Shown here: positions 62,204-64,000 of the stretch, in pieces | Numbering within the stretch: the first letter of the stretch is position 1 | Layout of the letters: every line of letters begins with the position of its first letter | NCBI GenBank assembly: GCA_036656515.1 | Contig: JAVVOA010000001.1 | Location: 18,243 to 82,242 of the forward strand | Origin: Oscillospiraceae bacterium | GTDB lineage: Bacteria > Bacillota > Clostridia > Oscillospirales > Oscillospiraceae | Length of the DNA stretch: 64,000 nt | Direction: 5' to 3' | Position numbers and translations under genes: made by a program | Notes under the pieces: model-generated | The model's input: the letters and a program-made list of their open reading frames with translations, nothing else | Database searches by the model: none | Told to the model about the DNA's origin: nothing

Positions 62204-63163
62204 GTGAGACAACATCCATGGAGCCGGGGGGCGGCGCTGGCGCTTCTGGCGGCAATTTTGGCGGCGACACCGGCGCTGGCGCTCTTTGGCAGGGAGAAGA
62301 CGGTGCAGACTGCCCCGGAGGGTGCGCCCATCGCCAAGGCAATCACCATCGCCACCTATAAAAATGTGCCCTATACCACGCAGTTTCTGGCGGCGGATAA
62401 CGAGGGCGATCCGGTCACCTTTGCGCTGGAAACAGAGCCCAAGCACGGCGCGGTGACCATCGAGGGCGACACCTTCACCTATGCCCCGGCAGAGGGGAAA
62501 ACCGGGCGGGATGTCTTCACCTATACGGCGACGGACGAGGGGGGACACTGCTCCCTGCCCGCGCTGGTGGAGGTGACGGTCAGCCGCGCTAAGAGCCCGG
62601 TCACCTATGCCGATCTGGACGGCTCCCCCGCCCATGCCGCCGCCATTCATCTGGCAGAGGAGGGGATTTTCACGGGTAGCCGGGTGGGCGAGCAGTATTT
62701 CTTTGAGCCGGAGCGCCCGGTGTCCCGGGGGGAGTTTTTGGCGATGACCCTACAGACGGCGGAGCTGCCCCCCACAGAGCCGGTGCGTCTGACCGGCTTT
62801 GCCGACGATGCCGCCATCCCCACTTGGGCCAAGGCGACCGCCTCTGCCGCCCTGCAAGAGGGGGTGGTACAGGGCATCGCCACGGCGGAGGGTGTCTGCT
62901 TTAGGGCGACGGCCCCCATCACGCTGGGCGAGGCGGCGACGATGCTGGATCGGGTGCTGGCGGTCAGCGATGTGAAGCTGGACGCGTGGTATGCGGGGCG
63001 GGACGAGGTGCCGGCTTGGGCGGCGCAGGCGGTGGGCAATATGGAGTCCGTCCATGTGCTGGCGGCTGGGAGCTTTGGCGGGGCTGTCCGGCAGCCGGTG
63101 ACCCGGGCCGAGGCAGCCCAGATGCTCTCCGCCGCGCGGACACTGCTGGACGGACGGCAATAA
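62204..63163 (+). CDS. Secreted protein with Ig-like domain and S-layer homology repeats
   Basis: Signal peptide; PKHGAV..FTYAP..TGRDVFTY; FEPERPVSRGE, ITLGE, VTRAE. Confidence 0.85.
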   Translation: MRQHPWSRGAALALLAAILAATPALALFGREKTVQTAPEGAPIAKAITIATYKNVPYTTQFLAADNEGDPVTFALETEPKHGAVTIEGDTFTYAPAEGKTGRDVFTYTATDEGGHCSLPALVEVTVSRAKSPVTYADLDGSPAHAAAIHLAEEGIFTGSRVGEQYFFEPERPVSRGEFLAMTLQTAELPPTEPVRLTGFADDAAIPTWAKATASAALQEGVVQGIATAEGVCFRATAPITLGEAATMLDRVLAVSDVKLDAWYAGRDEVPAWAAQAVGNMESVHVLAAGSFGGAVRQPVTRAEAAQMLSAARTLLDGRQ

Positions 63164-63356
63164 GGGACAGAGAAAGCCTCGCGGCAGGGCGGGGCTTTTT
63201 CCCTGTCTGCCGGAGGGCACGCTCCTTTCTTTACAGTTGTATTTGCCGCCGGATTGTGCTAAACTATGGAAGATTAAAATAGGTCTTGCTATAGATGGAT
63301 GACCCGGCTGTCTGTTCGGTCTCCATTGAGTTTTGTTGCATAAAGGAGCAGAGGGC

Positions 63357-64000
63357 ATGAAGATTGTGGTGCTGGCAGGCGGACTCAGCACAGAGCGTAT
63401 GGTGTCGCTGGTATCGGGGACGGCGGCATGCCGCGCCCTGCGGGAGCGGGGACATCAGGCAATTCTGGTGGATATGTTCATGGGGCTGGAGAACTATACC
63501 GGCGATTTGACCCGCATATTCGAGGCGGAGGATGGGCTTTGCTCTCAGGTGACCATCGAGACGGAGGAGCCGGATTTGGAGGCCGTCCGCCGGGGGCGGC
63601 GGGATCAAACCGCCAGTCTCTTGGGCAGACGGGTGCTAAAGGTCTGCGGCATGGCGGACATCGTGTTTCTGGGTCTCCACGGTGCCTGCGGCGAGGATGG
63701 ACGGATTCAGGCGGCACTGGATCTGCTGGGCATCCCCTATACCGGCTCCGGCTATCTGGCCAGCGGGATGGCGATGGATAAGGCGGTGGCGAAGCACATC
63801 ATGGACACCCAAGGCATCCGCACACCCAAATGGCAGGAGCTGTGCTATACGGCGGCGGATATTCCCCGCCTGACCGACGAGCTGCCCGTGCCCTGCGCCG
63901 TGAAAATCATCAACGGCGGCTCGTCGCTGGGTGTCTTTTTGCCGGACACCAGAGAGGAGCTGTCCCCCGCTCTCCAGCGGGCGCTGCAATACGGCGACCG
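63357..64000 (+). CDS. ddl: D-alanine--D-alanine ligase (runs off the right edge)
   Basis: Not in ORF track. MKIVVLAGGLSTERMVSLVSG...LHGACGEDGRIQA..IPYTGS..MDK...GGSSLG. Confidence 0.93.
   Translation, partial: MKIVVLAGGLSTERMVSLVSGTAACRALRERGHQAILVDMFMGLENYTGDLTRIFEAEDGLCSQVTIETEEPDLEAVRRGRRDQTASLLGRRVLKVCGMADIVFLGLHGACGEDGRIQAALDLLGIPYTGSGYLASGMAMDKAVAKHIMDTQGIRTPKWQELCYTAADIPRLTDELPVPCAVKIINGGSSLGVFLPDTREELSPALQRALQYGD

Overview
High-GC Firmicutes chromosomal window. Gene order, abrB/spmAB and GC content suggest Oscillospiraceae/Clostridia (inference). Most of it is housekeeping: thyA-folA-recG, pyrC-K-D-F-E-B-I, ferredoxin-yabB-rsmI, abrB, spmAB, rimP-nusA-ylxR-L7Ae-infB-rbfA-nrnA, a Fur-family-regulated metal ABC transporter, trpS-tagO-wecB, tsaE-tsaB-upp, rodA and ddl. 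I saw no rRNA, tRNA, CRISPR array, transposase or prophage. Highlights: (1) A sigma-54 selenoprotein module of rpoN, a sensor-less AAA+ activator, grdX, a GrdE-like proprotein, a GrdB-like selenoprotein (in-frame UGA plus SECIS) and a YkvI-type transporter. grdA/C/D and thioredoxin are absent, so this looks like an add-on reductase of uncertain substrate. (2) A family of non-coding MITE/REPIN-like elements: 5 full copies, 2 half copies and several degenerate ones. They have hairpin-containing inverted ends, some carry nested GTAG-REP hairpins, and their outer ends carry short GTAC-containing tandem arrays. (3) A recG/EamA head-on collision at a 7-8 nt junction. (4) A carD plus second Tudor-like gene operon behind a long leader with a terminator-like hairpin. 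(5) A solute-binding protein plus GGDEF/EAL pair. Genes missed or split by the ORF track: a >690-aa surface protein at the left edge, a 57-aa ferredoxin, the Sec read-through gene, a frameshifted nucleotidyltransferase and ddl at the right edge.
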